A stretch of 64,000 nt of DNA from Candidatus Poribacteria bacterium (GCA_022827885.1 JAJEIP010000066.1:33847-97846); one strand, 5' to 3'. Counted from the stretch's first letter, positions 30,918 to 41,503 are shown. Numbers and translations: made by a program. Notes: generated by a model not told the origin, from the letters alone.

Positions 30918-32584
30918 TGTGCTACCTTCGTTTTTCTGTCCTTATATGTGCCTTTCTCGTGTCGTCTGCGGCAGACGCTGTCACATTTGTTGAAGTTGCG
31001 GAAGCGTCTGGGATTCACTTCAAGCATACCGACGGCGAAAGCGGCAAACGCCTCTTTAATGAGCAATACGGGTCCGGGGGCGGCTTCTTCGATTATGATA
31101 ACGATGGATATCTGGACATCTACCTTATCAATGCCCGTCCGCAGGGAGAGCAGGTAGCTGCGCCACTCCCAACGAACGTTCTCTACCACAACAACGGTGA
31201 TGGCGCTTTTACAGATGTCACCCGCCTCGCGGGTGTCGGCGATACCCGCTACGGTGTCGGTGCTACTACCGGCGATTACGATAACGATGGCGACATAGAT
31301 CTCTATTTAACCAACTTCGGCGACAACGCGCTTTATCGTAATAATGGAGACGGCACTTTCACGGATGTCGCACCTGCCGCACAGGTCGCGGATACCGGAT
31401 GGGGGACGAGTTGTGCCTTTGCTGACTTTGACAACGATGGGTTTCTTGAACTCTATGTGAGCAATTATGCGAAATACACCCTTGATGCGAATAAACCGTG
31501 TTATCGACACAACATCGCCGTTTACTGTGGTCCCAGTTCTTATCTTCCGCAACCAGATGTATTATATCGGAACAACAGGGATGGCACTTTTATCAATCTA
31601 ACCGAACAAAGCGGTTTGTTAAACGTCCCAGCTGCACACGGTCTCGGCGTTGCCATTGGAGACAGCGATAACGATGGTGATACAGACATCTATGTCGCCA
31701 ACGATCAGGATTTCAATTTCCTGTTTGAAAATCGCGGGGACGGCACCTTTGAAGAGGCGGGTTTGCTCTCCGGGGTCAGCTGCAGTGATATGGGAAAAGC
31801 GGAAGCCGGGATGGGGGTCGCCTTCGCAGATTACGATAATGATGGTAAGTTGGATCTCACCGTCAGTAACTTCCAGAACGAAACGAATACCCTCTATCAC
31901 AATGAAGGCGACAACTTTTTCATGGATGCCACCATTCCTGCTGGGATCGCTGAACACACACATCGTTACCTCGGGTGGGGCATCGGTTTTCTCGATTACG
32001 ATAACGACGGTTACAAAGATATATTCGTCGCTAATGGACATACGATGGATAACATCGCCGAGGTGGATCGATCCACGACGACACCACAGCAGAACCTACT
32101 CTTTCGGAATTTAGGGGATGGGAAATTTGAGAATGTCACGGCAGCGATGGGAGAGGGATTCGCACTCCGTAAAACCAGCCGTGCCGCCGCTTTCGGAGAT
32201 TATGACAACGATGGCGACATTGATATCCTTGTCACGAACTGGAATCAGACCGTCGATCTCCTGAAAAACGAGGGTGGCAATCGAAATAACTGGATACAGG
32301 TGCAAGCCGTCGGCACGAAAAGCAACCGTTCCGGTATCGGCGCACGTATCAAAGTCGTCTTCCGAACATTGGATGGGGACGAACGCACACAGTATGCAGA
32401 GGTGAAAAGTAGTGGGAGTTATCTCGCATTCAGTGACCTTCGCGTTCATTTCGGAGTGAAGGATGCTGAACGCATCGACCTATTGGAAATCCGTTGGAAC
32501 AGTGGGATCGTTGATACCGCAACCGACCTTTCCGTGAATCAGCGATTGATCGCAGTTGAGGGAGAGGAAATTAGGTCACAATAA
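30914..32584 (+). CDS. CRTAC1/ASPIC-UnbV family protein with FG-GAP/VCBS repeats
   Basis: Repeated DYDNDGxxD motifs; C-terminal NRSGIGARI...SYLA.SD.RVHFG. Confidence 0.9.
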   Translation: MMCYLRFSVLICAFLVSSAADAVTFVEVAEASGIHFKHTDGESGKRLFNEQYGSGGGFFDYDNDGYLDIYLINARPQGEQVAAPLPTNVLYHNNGDGAFTDVTRLAGVGDTRYGVGATTGDYDNDGDIDLYLTNFGDNALYRNNGDGTFTDVAPAAQVADTGWGTSCAFADFDNDGFLELYVSNYAKYTLDANKPCYRHNIAVYCGPSSYLPQPDVLYRNNRDGTFINLTEQSGLLNVPAAHGLGVAIGDSDNDGDTDIYVANDQDFNFLFENRGDGTFEEAGLLSGVSCSDMGKAEAGMGVAFADYDNDGKLDLTVSNFQNETNTLYHNEGDNFFMDATIPAGIAEHTHRYLGWGIGFLDYDNDGYKDIFVANGHTMDNIAEVDRSTTTPQQNLLFRNLGDGKFENVTAAMGEGFALRKTSRAAAFGDYDNDGDIDILVTNWNQTVDLLKNEGGNRNNWIQVQAVGTKSNRSGIGARIKVVFRTLDGDERTQYAEVKSSGSYLAFSDLRVHFGVKDAERIDLLEIRWNSGIVDTATDLSVNQRLIAVEGEEIRSQ

Positions 32585-32970
32585 AATGTTATTTTTTTCT
32601 TGACTAAAATAGTAAAATATTGTAATTAATTGTTATGAAATAGTTAAACCTATGGGAACTCCTTTAAAGTGTTTATACTACACCACACAGCAAACACAAA
32701 AAGGAGCAGTCCATAGATTTAACACGCAAAATATTTAAGTGCCTATACCAATAATTGAGGTTACTCGGATTATAATCCCCAATGCCCAAGGAGGCGTTTC
32801 TGTTTTGCGTTCATTTATTTAGACGAATATTTTTGCAAAAGGTTCACTTTTTCGTTAAATCTCTTACGAAAATAAAGACCGGCGTAGATGACACAAATCT
32901 CATAGACTTTTCTTGTAGAGTTCAGTTGGTGTTATCTATTGCTAAAATCCACTAAAGGAGGAGAATTTAA

Positions 32971-33807
32971 GTGAAACTATCTATTTCTATACTCGCTATC
33001 GCTACGTTAATGATCGGCATTTCAGGCTCTGCGTTCGCAGACCTAAATGATGGCGTTGTCGCCGCTTGGACCTTTGACGATGGCAAGGTAACGGATGCCA
33101 TTGCTGATGCACACGGTGAACTCTTTAAGGGTGCTACAATCACGGATGATGGTAAATTTGGCAAGGCGTTGGATGTTGATGGGAATCAGGATTCACGGGC
33201 GGATATTGAATTTAACGCTAATCTTGAGTCAGTTATTGAGGGAGCACATACTGTCTCCTATTGGCTCTATGTCCGCGAGGGAAGAAACCACTCCGGTGTT
33301 TGGAAAGGCGAAAAGGTCGGGTGGGGTGCAAACTTCACCTTCCGAATAGTAACGACCAGTGATACCGGGCTGACGTGGGGAACAACAAGTGGCGGTGCTG
33401 AAAACTGGTTCGCCACGGATGGTGCCATTGAAGCCGATAGGTGGTTCCATCTCTGCCAAACGGTAGATGGTGAAGAAGCAATTGGATACGTAACGCCAGA
33501 GGGCGGAAAAACCGAAATACCTGTGAGTGGCCAACAAAATCCGAAACTCGCGCCGGAACCCTACAATCTGTTCAAAGATCGTCCGTTGGAACTCGGGGCA
33601 GGTCGAGGTCTCGAGGGCAATGATGGCAACGATACGTTCCTTGATGGTATCATCGACGATGTTATCCTCTGGGACCGCGCCCTCACTGAAGATGAAGTCG
33701 AGGCACTCGGGAGTGGTGAACGTCCAGAAAAGGCACTTGCTGTCAAAGCGGAAGGCAAGTTAGCCACTACGTGGGGAAAAGTTAAATCCTATCATCATCA
33801 CCGCTAA
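32971..33807 (+). CDS. Secreted LamG-like jelly-roll protein with Poribacteria-type C-terminal tail
   Basis: Signal peptide, AAWTFDD, GKFGKAL, GIIDDVILWDRALT, AVKAEGKLATTWGKVK. Confidence 0.85.
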   Translation: MKLSISILAIATLMIGISGSAFADLNDGVVAAWTFDDGKVTDAIADAHGELFKGATITDDGKFGKALDVDGNQDSRADIEFNANLESVIEGAHTVSYWLYVREGRNHSGVWKGEKVGWGANFTFRIVTTSDTGLTWGTTSGGAENWFATDGAIEADRWFHLCQTVDGEEAIGYVTPEGGKTEIPVSGQQNPKLAPEPYNLFKDRPLELGAGRGLEGNDGNDTFLDGIIDDVILWDRALTEDEVEALGSGERPEKALAVKAEGKLATTWGKVKSYHHHR

Positions 33808-33865
33808 GTAACCCTCGCGAGTTAGCGGATTAACCATCAAGCATTCAGTTGATAGCCTAAAACAC

Positions 33866-33904
33866 AAGGCTCCGGATTTCATCAGTCCAGAGCCTTTTTG
33901 TTTC
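33866..33904 (+). terminator. Rho-independent terminator
   Basis: AAGGCTCCGGA...TCCAGAGCCTT followed by TTTGTTT. Confidence 0.7.
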
Positions 33905-33936
33905 TCAGATACCATAGTCTCGGAAGGAGATAAACG

Positions 33937-34323
33937 ATGAACGGATATTACGGCATTGGAGAGGTTTTCGTTAAAGTCGCCAATCTTGAACGCGCAGCAG
34001 ATTTCTATCGGGATCTACTCGGATTTGAAGTCGTCGAGCGCAACAATCGCCAACTTTATATCTACTTGGACAATGGGCATCTTGTCCTCAAAGAGGCTGG
34101 ATCCCCGGGGCATGATGCAGGGGGACCCATGCACTTCGCCTTTGTGACAAGCACTGATCGAATTAATCAACTCGTCAAACAATTCGCTGCTTTGCCGTAT
34201 CAAACTCGCGGACCTTTTAATTTTGATGACCCGCGCGGTAAATGCCGAGCTTTCTTCATCTTTGATCCGGACGGAAACGAAATTGAATTTAATGACCTCT
34301 ACTGTCCAGACAATTCGACGTAG
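33937..34323 (+). CDS. VOC/glyoxalase family protein
   Basis: VANLERAADFYRDLLGF, HFAF, FFIFDPDGNEIE. Confidence 0.9.
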   Translation: MNGYYGIGEVFVKVANLERAADFYRDLLGFEVVERNNRQLYIYLDNGHLVLKEAGSPGHDAGGPMHFAFVTSTDRINQLVKQFAALPYQTRGPFNFDDPRGKCRAFFIFDPDGNEIEFNDLYCPDNST

Positions 34324-34354
34324 AGACCATTATCGTATCGTGAGGAGACCTAAA

Positions 34355-35149
34355 ATGCTAACCCAGTCAGAAATTGATGCCTTCGTTGAAAATGGCTATG
34401 TCATTCGTAGGGGGGCACTCTCTGAAACCGACATCCGCATCTATCGGAGTGCTATTGATCGGATCCTCCACAAGTGCCGTGTTGAAGGTTTACACGCTGA
34501 TCACTTGCGCTATATAGATGGTGAACGCGATGATATCTGGGGGGTCAATAACATTTTTCATCCAAGCATTCGTGAGCAAGCACTCGTTGACGCGCTGGCA
34601 CACCCCCAGATATTAGATGTCATTGAAGCACTTATCGGGCAAAGGTTAAGGTATCACCTTTGCACGCTCCTCGTCAGTTCCGAACGGAAACCGTATCACA
34701 TCAACTGGCATCGCGATTCTGCACCCGATGGGGAGGTCCCGCTGGAAACCCTCCAGAGTCGGCTCAGAACCCACGTCCAACTCAACGGTGCGCTTTATGA
34801 CGATGAAACCCTTTACATCGTCCCGGGTAGCCATCGGCGTGAACTCACAGATGCTGAGCGTACTGTTATACGACAAACCCCAAAGGCAGCGATGCCGGAC
34901 CAACGGGTCGTCGAACTGAAAGCCGGTGACATCGTCTTTTACAACTCAAGCCTGCTCCACAAAGGATGCAACCTTTCTGAGGCAAAACGGCAGACCCTCC
35001 ACTATGCTGTTCTCACTGCACCTTCGGAAAATGAACCCTCAAATCCACAGAGTCCAACCAGTCAAGAATGGCTCAACGAACCCACTTTTTTAGGAAACCT
35101 CCCCGAACGACTCAAACCACTTTTCAATAATTGGTTGAAATACGGGTAG
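34355..35149 (+). CDS. PhyH family dioxygenase
   Basis: FVENGYV, WHRD, VPGSHR, LKAGDIVFYNSSLLHKG. Confidence 0.9.
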   Translation: MLTQSEIDAFVENGYVIRRGALSETDIRIYRSAIDRILHKCRVEGLHADHLRYIDGERDDIWGVNNIFHPSIREQALVDALAHPQILDVIEALIGQRLRYHLCTLLVSSERKPYHINWHRDSAPDGEVPLETLQSRLRTHVQLNGALYDDETLYIVPGSHRRELTDAERTVIRQTPKAAMPDQRVVELKAGDIVFYNSSLLHKGCNLSEAKRQTLHYAVLTAPSENEPSNPQSPTSQEWLNEPTFLGNLPERLKPLFNNWLKYG

Positions 35150-35172
35150 GGTCTACCCCTCGTTTCGGACAT

Positions 35173-35480
35173 CTATTTTGCTCCTTTTGTCACTGTTTGA
35201 TTTATCAGTGCGGTGCGTTGTTCCTGCAGCAGTTCTATCTGTCGTTCTTTGATGCGGATGAGCTCGTCAATCTGTTTCGTCTTCCGGTCAAGGAAGGTGG
35301 CGATTTGGATCTGCTCAGAAAATGGTGGCACAACGCAAGTAAGATTAGAAACCTCATCTACTGTAACAGCCTCGTAAGTGCTGCCGGTCGCAACGACATG
35401 TAACTCGGTACGGACAACCTCAAGTAAATACTTAACGTAAGTTTTACGTTACATTGGGTTAAAACGTAATAAAAAAATAC
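35173..35480 (-). pseudogene. hsdS: Type I restriction-modification specificity subunit (HsdS) fragment
   Basis: Manual translation: ...ATGSTYEAVTVDEVSNLTCVVPPFSEQIQIATFLDRKTKQIDELIRIKERQIELLQEQRTALINQTVTKGAK*, the HsdS conserved helical region; in-frame TAA near 35450 and no start codon. Confidence 0.8.
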
Positions 35481-35510
35481 ACAAATAAAGGTTGACTTAT
35501 AACGTTATAG

Positions 35511-35631
35511 GACTTACGCACGTTGCTCTTTCGTAGCATAACCTGTTAGGTTGGGTTCTCCACAAGAACATCTGTGTTTTTTTACGGTTCTCCCTCTAAC
35601 AGGGCATCATATCGTCAAAATTGCGTAAGTC
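35511..35631. repeat. Small element bounded by 10-bp inverted repeats GACTTACGCA...TGCGTAAGTC (MITE-like)
   Basis: Perfect inverted ends; lone TGCGTAAGTCC also near 5752 and 36177. Confidence 0.55.
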
Positions 35632-35707
35632 TTGGTAGAGTTATGTTTATGCATAGCACAAGCCATAGTTATAACGTCTTTTAAAATCAAAAGGTAACAA
35701 AAAAAAT

Positions 35708-35736
35708 TTGCATCTCTTGTAGAAATGTGGTATACT
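35708..35736 (+). promoter_or_regulatory. Sigma70-type promoter
   Basis: TTGCAT-17 bp-TATACT. Confidence 0.5.
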
Positions 35737-36281
35737 TATAAAGATTGCCCGCGTTGCTCGTGTTTACTAAAGTTTCGTATGTTGAAATGTAGCGTAAAAT
35801 GTCCCGTGAAGGTAGGGTTCGTGCGTCAATCGCACGATGTTTTTCAGGGGGTAGAGCTCATGACGAAACGAAGTTTTGATTTCCACAGCCGATGTGTGAC
35901 ACCTATGCCTATTTGTGAGACCTACACCGATAGGTTACCGGTGTTGTGCGGTTTTGCGTCCGGCTGCGCTGTATTGTTATCAGCATCAGCGATTTACCCC
36001 CCCCTCTCACTTTATTTCCGTTAAGTATTTCCCCTTTAAACAACTTCATAAGCAACGGCAATCTGATTCCGATCGGATTGCCTCGAGTCGTTACGCCGCG
36101 CGGAATCCGTGCGTTGAGAAGACACCCCCTGGGAAACTTTTACCCCGGTTCGTAGTGCGGCGATTTATCACCGCTTTGCGTAAGTCCCATATGGTTTATA
36201 ATATCTTTGAAGTTTATGTTTTCCAAAAAACACACGCCATTTTTGGCGGTCTTTGTCCTGGTTCTGAAGGAGGACCAAATC

Positions 36282-36986
36282 ATGAAACTGATTATTCAGG
36301 CAGGCATCGTTATTTTGATGATTGCATCATTAATAATGCCCGCTAATGCGCTACTTGAAGCAAGTGGTGAAAAGGCGCCGATTGCCAAAGGAGACAATCT
36401 CATTGCTGGAGCGGCTGTCAACGATTCAGCCGGCAGCAGTGATTTAACCTTAATTATTCAGTTGAAAATTGATGGTAAAATCGTGGTCGATGAAGGCCAC
36501 AAGTGCACTGCAATTCAGCCTTTGGAGAATATCCCTTCGGATAAAGATCCCACCGGCTGGACACAACCAAAATTTGACGATAAAGATTGGGAAAAGGGCG
36601 AATACGGTGTCGGTTACGGTGACGGGGATGACAATCTGATCATTGGTAATGGAACTCATGCAATGGTCTACAGCCGCGCTATCTTCGAGGTCAAGTCCAT
36701 CAGGTCAAATAGCAAAGTTGAGCTAGGAGCAGACTTTGACGATGGTTGTGTGATTTGGATTAACGGCGTCGAAGTTGCCCGTGAATCAAACACCGATATT
36801 CCGGACGAGCCGGAGTGGGATTCGTGGACCGATAAGGGAAGTGGGCATTCACACGAAGCCAGTAAAACAGACCCACCGACTTATGAGTTCGTCGAACTTG
36901 ACGTTAAGGTGATTGGGAATCCCTTTGCTGTTGAGCCGGCAGATAAGCTTGCTACCTCATGGGGGGAAATCAAAGCCGGGTACTAA
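36282..36986 (+). CDS. Secreted galactose-binding-like domain protein with Poribacteria-type C-terminal tail
   Basis: AGGAGG RBS, signal peptide, WTQPKFDDKDW..G..GVGYGDGDD, DDGCVIWINGVEV, AVEPADKLATSWGEIK. Confidence 0.75.
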   Translation: MKLIIQAGIVILMIASLIMPANALLEASGEKAPIAKGDNLIAGAAVNDSAGSSDLTLIIQLKIDGKIVVDEGHKCTAIQPLENIPSDKDPTGWTQPKFDDKDWEKGEYGVGYGDGDDNLIIGNGTHAMVYSRAIFEVKSIRSNSKVELGADFDDGCVIWINGVEVARESNTDIPDEPEWDSWTDKGSGHSHEASKTDPPTYEFVELDVKVIGNPFAVEPADKLATSWGEIKAGY

Positions 36987-37242
36987 GCGTCAAAAATTAT
37001 TGGTTTTCAGTGTTCATCGGCGTTCGGACGTTCTTTCCCCGTTCATATTCGTGGCAAAAATACGACGTGCGAAAAAATGGGTTGTAAGATGCGGCACATG
37101 ATTTGCGTCCGTTCAACCCGCGAGAAATAGTATTACACCTCTTGGGGAAGATGTCGAATTTCTTCAAGCCTTGATTTGGCTAAACGTATCAAACCCAATT
37201 TCGGATTAAGCAAGCGTTTTCATGTAAAGGATTTTCCTTTCA

Positions 37243-37279
37243 CAAAAAGGGCGACTGAACTCCTCAGTCGCCCTTTTTG
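37243..37279. terminator. Bidirectional rho-independent terminator
   Basis: Perfect 16-bp inverted repeat CAAAAAGGGCGACTGA/TCAGTCGCCCTTTTTG between convergent genes. Confidence 0.85.
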
Positions 37280-37507
37280 TTTTCGTGAGCTTGACATTTT
37301 GGGCAAAAGGAGTTCTACGACATGTTCGTTCCCGTAAAAAGCAAAGAAGGCAGGAACCCAATATAAACATTCACCTGATGGTGGTTTGTTTAAGGGGCTT
37401 CCACGCAGGGAACGACAGCAAACAGGACGGATCGCATACAAGGATGGCATGCTGGCATACGTTGATAAGTCCTTTTTTTACCAGCTTTCAGAGATGAATT
37501 ATAATTT

Positions 37508-38266
37508 CTAATCTTTGTGGCAAATCATTGCGGTGATCCAACAGAACCGTTTGAGGAATGGGAGGCATTTCAGGAAAGTTATATCAATCGCTTTGAGGAT
37601 GCGAAGGTTCCACCGATAAAATAGTGGGATAGAAATGCATTTCTGCCAGAACAGGGCACTCACCGCGGAGAGATGAAACTCACGATGCTCCAACTTCCCA
37701 AATTCAGCACCGACGGTTTTAATGTCCCTCACTGAAAAGTAACGCAGTTTACCGGAATACTTCAGGAACATTTTTCGGTACAGCCACACCATCGGGTGAT
37801 GACGCATGTTTTCCATGAAGATCGCCTTTCCGCCCGGTTTGAGAACGCGATAGCACTCTTTCGCAACGTGTTTATGGTCTGTGAAAACCAATACGGATTT
37901 GGAAATAATAAAATCGAAGGTATTATCGGGAAAGGCGAGATGCATCGCATCCATCAGTGCAAAATTAACTGCCTCAGCGACGTTGTGTTCCGCTGCGCGC
38001 GCCCGCGCTTCAGCAAGCCGAAAGGGCAGTAAATCTATGCCGACAACAGAAGCACCCCGTTTCGCCAGCAGCGTCGCAGTGCCACCAGTACCGGTACCGA
38101 GTTCCAGGACCTTTTTCCCTTCCAGATTCCCCATTTTCGGGAGCACGTACTCGAAGATGGGAAGATAAAAATCTTCCCACCAGAGCAAAAGATCTGTTTC
38201 AACACTATCGGAACGACTGGTAGGTCGCTGTCCTTTAAGGGGCAACCTATTTTTAGATTTTAGCAT
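37508..38266 (-). CDS. Class I SAM-dependent methyltransferase
   Basis: VLELGTGTG, VVGID, MDAMHLAFPDNTFD, RVLKPGG. Confidence 0.9.
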   Translation of the reverse strand: MLKSKNRLPLKGQRPTSRSDSVETDLLLWWEDFYLPIFEYVLPKMGNLEGKKVLELGTGTGGTATLLAKRGASVVGIDLLPFRLAEARARAAEHNVAEAVNFALMDAMHLAFPDNTFDFIISKSVLVFTDHKHVAKECYRVLKPGGKAIFMENMRHHPMVWLYRKMFLKYSGKLRYFSVRDIKTVGAEFGKLEHREFHLSAVSALFWQKCISIPLFYRWNLRILKAIDITFLKCLPFLKRFCWITAMICHKD

Positions 38267-38356
38267 AAAAAGCGCGCAGCTTGAAACGAAGTGGAAAGCG
38301 GGTCTACGGAGAAGAACATCAACATCCTAACTTTCCTTACCGAACCGCAAGGTAAA

Positions 38357-39118
38357 TTAAAAAAATTTGCCCATCTTTCGTAGATTTTCGATGCAGCGTT
38401 CAGCACATTCAAGCGGCGGGTAGGCGTAACTTTCCTGTTCAACGATGTACCACTCCGTGCCACCAACGGTTTCACAGGCATGGAACACAGCCTCCCACGG
38501 AATCTCACCTTCACCCACGTTTGCCTTGTCATTCGTGGAGGCATACTCTTTCAGGTGCACCAATTTCGATCTACCCGGATAGCGTTCAATATACGACACA
38601 GGGTCGGCACCGGCGCGAAGGGCATGACCGATGTCAATTTGCATCACAACATCCTCACGAGTGTTCTTGCCGAATGTATCCCACGGAATTCCGCCTTCCA
38701 GCGGTGTGAATTCACCCGTGTGATTGTGGTAACCCGTAAACATCCCCGCATCAGCGATTTTTTCGGCAATGTCGTTGAAGAGTTTTGCTGTGTCGAGCCA
38801 CGCTTGTTGCGAACTTTGATACGCCGCAGGGAGTCCCGGCACAATCAGATACGGGTTGCCGAGGCCCTTGTTGAACGCAACCGTTTTGGCGAGTTCATCA
38901 CCGAGAAGTGTATCTATCCCTGTATGCGTTCCGGCAACTTTCAATCCGAGGTCATCGCACATCCCGCGTAATTCTTCAGCGGTCCGGTCATAGTAACCAG
39001 CGAACTCAACACCTTCATAACCCATCTGTGCGACCGCTTGAAGCGTTAAAGAGAGGTCGCCTGCACAATCATCTCTAACCGAATACAGTTGTAACGCAAT
39101 TGGAATCCTATTGCTCAT
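38357..39118 (-). CDS. Sugar phosphate isomerase/epimerase (xylose isomerase-like TIM barrel)
   Basis: ALQLYSVR, GYEGVEFAG, YHNH, QIDIGH, VHLKE, YIVEQE. Confidence 0.9.
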   Translation of the reverse strand: MSNRIPIALQLYSVRDDCAGDLSLTLQAVAQMGYEGVEFAGYYDRTAEELRGMCDDLGLKVAGTHTGIDTLLGDELAKTVAFNKGLGNPYLIVPGLPAAYQSSQQAWLDTAKLFNDIAEKIADAGMFTGYHNHTGEFTPLEGGIPWDTFGKNTREDVVMQIDIGHALRAGADPVSYIERYPGRSKLVHLKEYASTNDKANVGEGEIPWEAVFHACETVGGTEWYIVEQESYAYPPLECAERCIENLRKMGKFF

Positions 39119-39171
39119 AAATTTCTCCTGACGTTCCTATGGTCGCGGCCTGAAACCGCACCCGTAATACT

Positions 39172-40191
39172 TTACGACATTGGCAAGTTAACGACCTGCC
39201 CACTATCCGCCGACACCAATCCCGCTTCGAGGATCTCTTGGGCATCTCGACTCACCTTGGCATTGCACAATCCTTCAATGGGTTCGCCTGTCTCTAAACA
39301 GTGGATGAAGTATTCCGCCGCGTTGCGCTTGCCTTCTGGGAGGGGTTCAGGCGTTACCACTTCAGCGTCACCATTTGCAGGATGCAGATGAACTTCGTTA
39401 CCGCTGACCATCAGCGCACCCTCAGTGCCATAGACCACCGGATTCGGTGTGATATAACCGACCTTTTGGGTCCAAGATGCTTCCGTGAGTCCGAACGCAT
39501 TGCCGTATTTCATGAGGATGACGGCGTTGTCGTCAGGAATCGGATAATCTTTGACGAAGGTGGCCCGAAACGCCGTTACCTCCTGTGGCAGACCGAGGAG
39601 ATAGGCACACATATCCGCGCAATAACAGCAGTAATCCATCAATGCCCCTGCACCATTCTTCTCTTCGTCGTAGAGCCACTCATAGAAGTAGCGGGAGCAT
39701 CCGATTTCCATCGGTCCGTTGTGTGCGGAACGCCACTTGAAATAGAAAATGTCACCGATTGCTCCGTCTTTGATGAGGTTCATTGCGGTGTTGAGTGCTG
39801 GACTCCATGCCGTGGGCCAGTTTACCATCAACAGGGTGCCAGCGTTCTCCGATGCGGCAAGCATCCGATCCGCTTGCGAGAGACGCGCCGCCATCGGTTT
39901 TTCGGATACGACGTGGATACCTTTCGCCGCTGTTGCCTCGACGATGTCAGCACCCGCATTGTTCTCCGATGCTGCTTGAACAATGTCTAATTCCTCTTTC
40001 TCTACCATCTCTTGCCAAGAGTTATAGATGTTGTTGATACCGACTTCTGCGCTGAACTGGGCGCGTAATTCCGCGTTGACATCGCCTGCTGCGACGATTT
40101 CAACGTTCGGATGTGCCTTCCAGTGACGAAGTTCACCCCATACATGGTCATGTACAAGGGATGCAAAGCCGACGCGATACGTTTTTGCCAT
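39172..40191 (-). CDS. Gfo/Idh/MocA family oxidoreductase
   Basis: GIHVVSEKPMA, GAIGDI, GAGALMDYCCY. Confidence 0.9.
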   Translation of the reverse strand: MAKTYRVGFASLVHDHVWGELRHWKAHPNVEIVAAGDVNAELRAQFSAEVGINNIYNSWQEMVEKEELDIVQAASENNAGADIVEATAAKGIHVVSEKPMAARLSQADRMLAASENAGTLLMVNWPTAWSPALNTAMNLIKDGAIGDIFYFKWRSAHNGPMEIGCSRYFYEWLYDEEKNGAGALMDYCCYCADMCAYLLGLPQEVTAFRATFVKDYPIPDDNAVILMKYGNAFGLTEASWTQKVGYITPNPVVYGTEGALMVSGNEVHLHPANGDAEVVTPEPLPEGKRNAAEYFIHCLETGEPIEGLCNAKVSRDAQEILEAGLVSADSGQVVNLPMS

Positions 40192-40278
40192 TAATTATGT
40201 CTCCTGTGGGCGCGCAATACCAGCACGCATTTTGTGTCTACTTGAAAAATCTGTCCTTGCAGAATTCCAATCCTTAAC

Positions 40279-40430
40279 AAACCTTTCAGACTTCAAAAAG
40301 ATTTTGAACCAATTGTGTATCCGTGCCGACAACGAAGGCACGGCTCCTATCCTCAATAAACCTTTTCAGACTTCAAAGAGGTTCTGAACCAATTGTGTAT
40401 CCGTGCCGACAACGAAGGCACGGTCCATAT
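40279..40430 (+). repeat. Two direct copies of a ~72-bp unit (80-bp period) carrying a CCGTGCC/GGCACGG hairpin
   Basis: Identical 39-bp core at 40305-40343 and 40385-40423. Confidence 0.85.
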
Positions 40431-40450
40431 TTAATAGTTAAAAATATAAT

Positions 40451-41503
40451 TTAAAAATCGGCTCGAACCGCAATTTTAATCGCTGTTTCACCCTTAATAC
40501 GGTAGTCCCCATTGAGGGCATGGAAACCATCTGCGACCTGTGAGAGCGGGAGTTGATGACTAATCATGTCAGCAAAGGGCAGTCCACTCTGTTCAAGGAG
40601 GGGTAAACCACGGACGAAGTGTTCGTAGCTGCTGCCCCAGATAGCCTCCACACGCAGATTTTTACGCATCAGCAATTGGTTAATATTAAAGTCAATCGAC
40701 CCCATATCCACGAAATGCCCGACCTCAACAAAAGTACCACTCCGTCGCGTGTACCCTAAGCCTTCCGGCGTGGCAGGGAGAAAACCCGCACATTCAAAAA
40801 CAACGTCCGCTCCCTCTTTGCGTGGTGTTTCCGCTTTCACGAGTTCCGTTCGCTCTTCGACAGACGTTACGTCCTCAATGTTAATCGTTACGTCGGCACC
40901 AAGGCGTTTCGCGAGTTCCAAGCGTCCAGCAGGTCCGCCGACCATAATCGCTTTTGCGGCACCACTCAATTTCGCACACGCAAGCGTCACAAGCCCGATA
41001 GCACCCGAACCCTGAACGACGACAGTATCTCCGAGTTTTATCTCGCCTCGCATTGCGGCGTGAACACCGATAGTGAACGGCTCTGTGAGCACAGCAACCT
41101 CAGGCGACGCATCCGTCTTCATGAAGCACGTGTTTGGATAGTTGAGATACATATAATCCGCAAACCCGCCGCGAAAGTGTGGTGCCTCATCTGGATTCCA
41201 CTGAAAGCCATAAGCACCGTAGTTTGTTCCCGGTGCGAAGATAACTCTGTCTCCCTCTTTAACCGGTTTACCTACATAATCGGTTTCCACGCCTTCACCA
41301 ATTGCTTCAATAATACCGACGTTTTCATGTCCAAGTAAAACTTCCTGTTGGAAGCCGTTCTGCCAGTTGTGAAGGTCAGTTCCGCAGATTCCTGCTAATT
41401 CCTGACGGAGCAGCACCGTGTTAGGTTCAGGCTCGGGAACCGGGTATTCGCGAATTTCAAAATCTTTGCCGTGCGCGACCACGGCTCTCCCTGTCCGACT
41501 CAT
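40451..41503 (-). CDS. Zn-binding alcohol dehydrogenase family protein
   Basis: GICGTD, LGHE, QGSGAIG, DVVFECAG; lacks the four-Cys structural Zn loop. Confidence 0.88.
   Translation of the reverse strand: MSRTGRAVVAHGKDFEIREYPVPEPEPNTVLLRQELAGICGTDLHNWQNGFQQEVLLGHENVGIIEAIGEGVETDYVGKPVKEGDRVIFAPGTNYGAYGFQWNPDEAPHFRGGFADYMYLNYPNTCFMKTDASPEVAVLTEPFTIGVHAAMRGEIKLGDTVVVQGSGAIGLVTLACAKLSGAAKAIMVGGPAGRLELAKRLGADVTINIEDVTSVEERTELVKAETPRKEGADVVFECAGFLPATPEGLGYTRRSGTFVEVGHFVDMGSIDFNINQLLMRKNLRVEAIWGSSYEHFVRGLPLLEQSGLPFADMISHQLPLSQVADGFHALNGDYRIKGETAIKIAVRADF

Noticed and set aside
35131-35403. 90-aa plus-strand ORF
   Set aside because: Antisense shadow of the hsdS fragment
35725-36346. Cys-rich short ORFs as RiPP precursors or real genes
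   Set aside because: No RBS, no recognisable motif, no modifying enzymes nearby, and they overlap repeat sequence
40279-40430. Possible mini-CRISPR (39-bp identical repeats)
   Set aside because: Only two copies, and the flanking sequence is also duplicated rather than a unique spacer
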